From a virus (taxonomy: Duplodnaviria; Caudoviricetes): a stretch of 37,455 nucleotides of DNA. The notes under the pieces were generated by a model. That model saw only the letters and a program-made list of their open reading frames with translations, was not told the DNA's origin and searched no databases. Location of the stretch: the IMG/VR virus record IMGVR_UViG_3300028326_000013, positions 1-37,455 of that record; one strand, 5' to 3'. Within the stretch, counting starts at the first letter, position 1, and each line of letters begins with the position of its first letter. Positions 33,805 through 37,455 of the stretch are shown here, one piece after another. Position numbers and translations under genes: made by a program.

Positions 33805-36752
33805 TGGCGGACGTATTCGTCTACACCCCGAATTGCGAGGATTTTGACAACATCGGCGAGGCTGGGAGCCTCACGCCCACGTCCTGCGTACACTCCGAGC
33901 TTGCCAACGGCATGAGCGAAATCGAACTTGTGCATCCGATCGACGAGATGGGCAAGTGGTCATATCTCCAGCAGGACTACATTATCTCCGCTGAGGTCCC
34001 CGTGCGCACGCTCCCGGAAATCGTGGACGGTGTATTAGTCACGTCACTTGAGCGCTGGAATATCTACAACGGCGCATCCAAAAACGAGCGCAGGCTGTTC
34101 AGCAAGTCAACCGGCGGCAAGGTGCTGACCCGGCTGAAACCCGGGCAGTCGGTAATTGTTACGCGGAAGGGCAGCAGCCGCTACAAGTGCAAGACTGGCA
34201 AGCGCACCGGCTGGATCGCCATCTCCGCGCTGGAGAACAAGGTGGACGTGACCGTGCCCGCGACTGCCGCCGGCATCGAGCAGGCCATGCCCGCATGGAC
34301 GTTCCGGCCTCAGTTGTTCCGAATTTACAAGGTTGAAAAATCCGACACGAGCGTCACCGTGCTGGCGAAGCACTGGTTTTACAACCACGCGAAAAACATC
34401 ACGTCCTATTCCGCCGACAACCCGACTTGCGTTCAGGCGCTTGCCGGGCTGATCAGCGGCTGCGTGGCCGATAACGACCTGGAGGGCAGCACCAACATTT
34501 CCGGCACCCGCGTGGGCGTCAAGTGGGATCGCGTGCCCTTCGTGGATGCGCTACTCAATCCCGATACCGGCCTCGTCAAGCTGTGGGGCGCGGAGATCGT
34601 GCGTGATAACGGAGAGTTCTGCGTACTGGCGAGGGCGGGTCTCGACAGGGGCGTTCGCGTCGAGTACGGTAAAAACCTTAAAGGCGTTGAGCTGGAGTTG
34701 GACTACTCCGACCTGGTGACACGATACATCCCGCTGGGCCAGACTAGCAAAGGCAAAGTGCTGACACTGGCAGCGGGCACCTACACCACTGATCACGGTA
34801 CGATCGTCATTCCGTCCGGGCAAACATGGATCGACGCTCCGAATATCGGTGATTACCCGACACCTCATATTGAGACACTGGACACCGGTGTCAAGGCCGG
34901 AAGTACATCCTCCGCGAGCGTCAAGGATGCCCGTGAAAAGATGATCGACGCCGTGCTCAACAAGTTCGAGGACGAGCAGACCAATTACCCTAAAGTTACG
35001 CTGACGGTTGATTTCGTTCAAATCGGTGACACGGAGGAGTATGCGCAGTATCGGCAGCTGGACAACATGTTTCTCTATGATACCGTGCGGGTGCGGCATC
35101 CGAAGATCGGCATTGACCTGCAGACCGAGGTCACTGAGTATGTCTGGGACTGCCTTAATAACCGGGCGTCGAAGATCACGCTGGGCAACGTCCAGCCGCA
35201 GAACGTCGGCAAGCGCCTCCCCTCCTGGCAGCTGCCCAGCGGGATCCCCGGCACGCTGGTGGCGCCGGGAACGTTGAGTTCATATGCTCTCGATGACAGC
35301 GTGGGAACCGACATTGATCTCATCAAAAACGAGACTGTCGCGGCGGTCGCGCAGCAGTACGTGCGCAACGCCTGGATCACGGGCGGGCAGGTGTTCCGGT
35401 ACGCGGCAGGGTCCCTGACGCCGGACCCCGCGTCCATCGTGGTGACCGCAAACCTGCAGAACGTCCTGATGGACCGCTGGCAGTACCAGGACAGCACCGG
35501 CGCGTGGCAGGATTACCCTGTCGGAGACGGCAACACCACGATCACCGCGACGGCGCTGGTGGTCAAGCCCGGCCATGCTGTCTGGGTCAACAACATCTGC
35601 ACGCTCCGCATGCTGACAAATGATCCTACCATCAGCGACACCTACAACCTGTACAAGGTCACCGACGGCCTTAACGGCTTGACCGCCATCCTGAGCAACG
35701 CGGCCCACACGCTGCCCAAGACGACCGGCGGCGCAATCGACTATACAGGCAGCGGCACCACGCTGCGCCTGTTCGAGGGCGCGACGGAGTTGGATTATTT
35801 GGGCATCGGCACCGATTTCACCGGCGTGACGGCCGGCGCATGGAAAGCGGGCCGATCGCCGAGTGGGATCACCCCGGGCATCGCAACACAAACGGGGTCT
35901 GCAGCCCCGCATTATGCGACTTATAGTGATGTAACGGCGATTGCTGGGAACAGGGCAAGCATCCCGTATACCATCTACGGTAAGCGTCTTAATGGCACGC
36001 AGTTCACACTCACGGTAATTCAGACGTTCTCTGTTGCCCAGCAGGGCGCGACCGGCGGAAACGCCGTGGTGTTCGGGGTTTATGGGCTAAGCGGCACAAC
36101 TTTCGTGAATCAGACAGGATCACTTGTCCTCTCCGCAATCGGCTACGACGGGGCCAACCAGATCACAAGCGGCGCGATCTACGCTTGGTACAAGTACGCT
36201 GCCGGGTCATGGACGGCGATCTCCGGACAGATAGGTTCCACGCTCACCGTGACGGGGGCGGACGTGGTGGGCTTGCAGGCGTACCGGTGCGATATGACCT
36301 ATGGCGGCAAGACCTACTCCGGCACCATCACGCTGACCGACAAGACCGACAACTACCAGGCGACCATTGAGAGTAGCGGCGGCGACACGTTTCGGAACGG
36401 CGTCGGCTCATCCATCCTTGTCTGCAAGCTCTGGCAGGCCGGGACGGAAACCGACGCGCTGAAATCATCTGTGATCTCCCAGACCGCGCCGTCCTCGCCC
36501 ACGATGGGCGCCTACTACTACAAGATCAACCCGAGCACGCCACAGGTGGCGCTGATGCGCTGGAACGGTTCGCTGTGGCAGGACGTGACCGCCAACCCGA
36601 CCTATGCGCACGCCAAGAGCTACACCTGGTACCGGCGGGACAAGGACGGCAACCCGATGGACGGCGGCACGGCGTTTGCAACCGGGAAGGTGATCTACGT
36701 CGACGGAGACGATGTCGACCAGCAGACTACTTGGACTTGCGAGGTGAGCTAA
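33804..36752 (+). CDS. Tail-associated (Tal/spike) protein with SH3-like insertion and long C-terminal extension
   Basis: Follows Dit; QLFRIYKV, WGAEIVRDN, VEYGKNLKGV, LYDTVRVRH; beta-rich C-terminal half. Confidence 0.88.
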   Translation: MADVFVYTPNCEDFDNIGEAGSLTPTSCVHSELANGMSEIELVHPIDEMGKWSYLQQDYIISAEVPVRTLPEIVDGVLVTSLERWNIYNGASKNERRLFSKSTGGKVLTRLKPGQSVIVTRKGSSRYKCKTGKRTGWIAISALENKVDVTVPATAAGIEQAMPAWTFRPQLFRIYKVEKSDTSVTVLAKHWFYNHAKNITSYSADNPTCVQALAGLISGCVADNDLEGSTNISGTRVGVKWDRVPFVDALLNPDTGLVKLWGAEIVRDNGEFCVLARAGLDRGVRVEYGKNLKGVELELDYSDLVTRYIPLGQTSKGKVLTLAAGTYTTDHGTIVIPSGQTWIDAPNIGDYPTPHIETLDTGVKAGSTSSASVKDAREKMIDAVLNKFEDEQTNYPKVTLTVDFVQIGDTEEYAQYRQLDNMFLYDTVRVRHPKIGIDLQTEVTEYVWDCLNNRASKITLGNVQPQNVGKRLPSWQLPSGIPGTLVAPGTLSSYALDDSVGTDIDLIKNETVAAVAQQYVRNAWITGGQVFRYAAGSLTPDPASIVVTANLQNVLMDRWQYQDSTGAWQDYPVGDGNTTITATALVVKPGHAVWVNNICTLRMLTNDPTISDTYNLYKVTDGLNGLTAILSNAAHTLPKTTGGAIDYTGSGTTLRLFEGATELDYLGIGTDFTGVTAGAWKAGRSPSGITPGIATQTGSAAPHYATYSDVTAIAGNRASIPYTIYGKRLNGTQFTLTVIQTFSVAQQGATGGNAVVFGVYGLSGTTFVNQTGSLVLSAIGYDGANQITSGAIYAWYKYAAGSWTAISGQIGSTLTVTGADVVGLQAYRCDMTYGGKTYSGTITLTDKTDNYQATIESSGGDTFRNGVGSSILVCKLWQAGTETDALKSSVISQTAPSSPTMGAYYYKINPSTPQVALMRWNGSLWQDVTANPTYAHAKSYTWYRRDKDGNPMDGGTAFATGKVIYVDGDDVDQQTTWTCEVS

Positions 36753-36753
36753 G

Positions 36754-37455
36754 ATGGCGATTGCACGGGCGCAATACTCGATCAAAGACCTGAACGACAT
36801 CGTGGCGCAGGCGTCGCCGCCGGTCAATCCAGTACCGGGTCTGCTGTGGCGTAACACCTCGGTGACGCCTAACGAGCTCTTGGCCTGGGCGGGCAACGGT
36901 ACGCAGACGGATCGCCGGTACACGGCGTCCAAGTCCGGCGCGGCGGTGGCCATCCCCGACCTGTCGGACGACCATACGCTGGGCGTGACCGTCAGGACCG
37001 TCGCGATTCAGGCCGGGAGCGGCACGCCGTCGCCGAGCAACATCCGTCCAATCAGCGGCAAGAGCAGCATTGCCGTGCGGAGGCGTGGGAAAAACCTGGC
37101 CGACCCAACCATAACTGGAGTCACTTCAAATGGTGTAACAGTATCCTACGATTCGGCCAATCAAACCGTCACCTTAAACGGTACGTGTACGACGAACAAC
37201 ACGAACTTCTTTTTCGCCGTACCACCGGAACAGATCAACGCCGCGCATATCCTGTCCATGTACTATGTGTCCGGTACGGCCGCGCGCGTCGGGGAAAACT
37301 CCCTGTGGATGGCAGAGGCGTCATACGCCAACGCTTTCGGCGTGCTGGCGTTCCCCGACGCTGGACGATCGTCGTCAGGCGTCGTCAACGCGGCGCGAAA
37401 CTATGTGTATTTTGCGCTTCGGCTTGACGCCGGGTCGGTCTTTACAAATTACACG
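36754..37455 (+). CDS. Tail fibre / receptor-binding protein, truncated by window end
   Basis: ATG at 36754 after GAGGTG; open to window end: MAIARAQYSIKDLND...PPVNPVPGLLWRNTS...GSGTPSPSNIRPISG...GKNL. Confidence 0.82.
   Translation, partial: MAIARAQYSIKDLNDIVAQASPPVNPVPGLLWRNTSVTPNELLAWAGNGTQTDRRYTASKSGAAVAIPDLSDDHTLGVTVRTVAIQAGSGTPSPSNIRPISGKSSIAVRRRGKNLADPTITGVTSNGVTVSYDSANQTVTLNGTCTTNNTNFFFAVPPEQINAAHILSMYYVSGTAARVGENSLWMAEASYANAFGVLAFPDAGRSSSGVVNAARNYVYFALRLDAGSVFTNYT

Larger units (their letters stand above)
600..37455. mobile_element. Prophage (siphovirus-like, temperate) integrated at tRNA-Leu; right part outside window
   Basis: Integrase next to tRNA 3' end, then canonical lysogeny-replication-packaging-head-tail order; exact att core needs attR, so left boundary is approximate. 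Confidence 0.95.

Overview
Left ~37 kb of a temperate siphovirus-like prophage in a GC-rich Firmicute (probably Clostridia, inferred from gene families, Shine-Dalgarno use and a Gram-positive LexA box). It is integrated just 3' of an intact tRNA-Leu(CAA), which follows the 3' end of an ISAs1-family element. Module order: tyrosine integrase; ImmA-like protease and ImmR-like repressor; divergent early operon (unknown 79-aa gene, Cro-like, HTH, Xis-like, AbrB-like, PAPS-reductase-like); recombination/replication (SMC-like ATPase, Sak4-like ATPase, DUF669 SSB, SF2 helicase, primase-helicase, iteron-like origin, RusA); late activator; terminase, portal, minor head protein, scaffold, capsid, neck, tail, tape measure, Dit, Tal; a tail fibre cut by the window edge. 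No lysis genes or attR are visible. Most notable: (1) the MuF-like minor head protein carries a C-terminal putative nuclease toxin followed by a CPCC immunity-like gene, with a near-consensus TTGACA-N17-TATACT promoter hidden in the coding junction and a terminator after the pair; (2) the ImmA-like gene has its own promoter with a perfect LexA box in the spacer; (3) several morons and antisense promoters, including a candidate ~55-nt sRNA. All protein calls are by motif recognition and synteny, not database searches.
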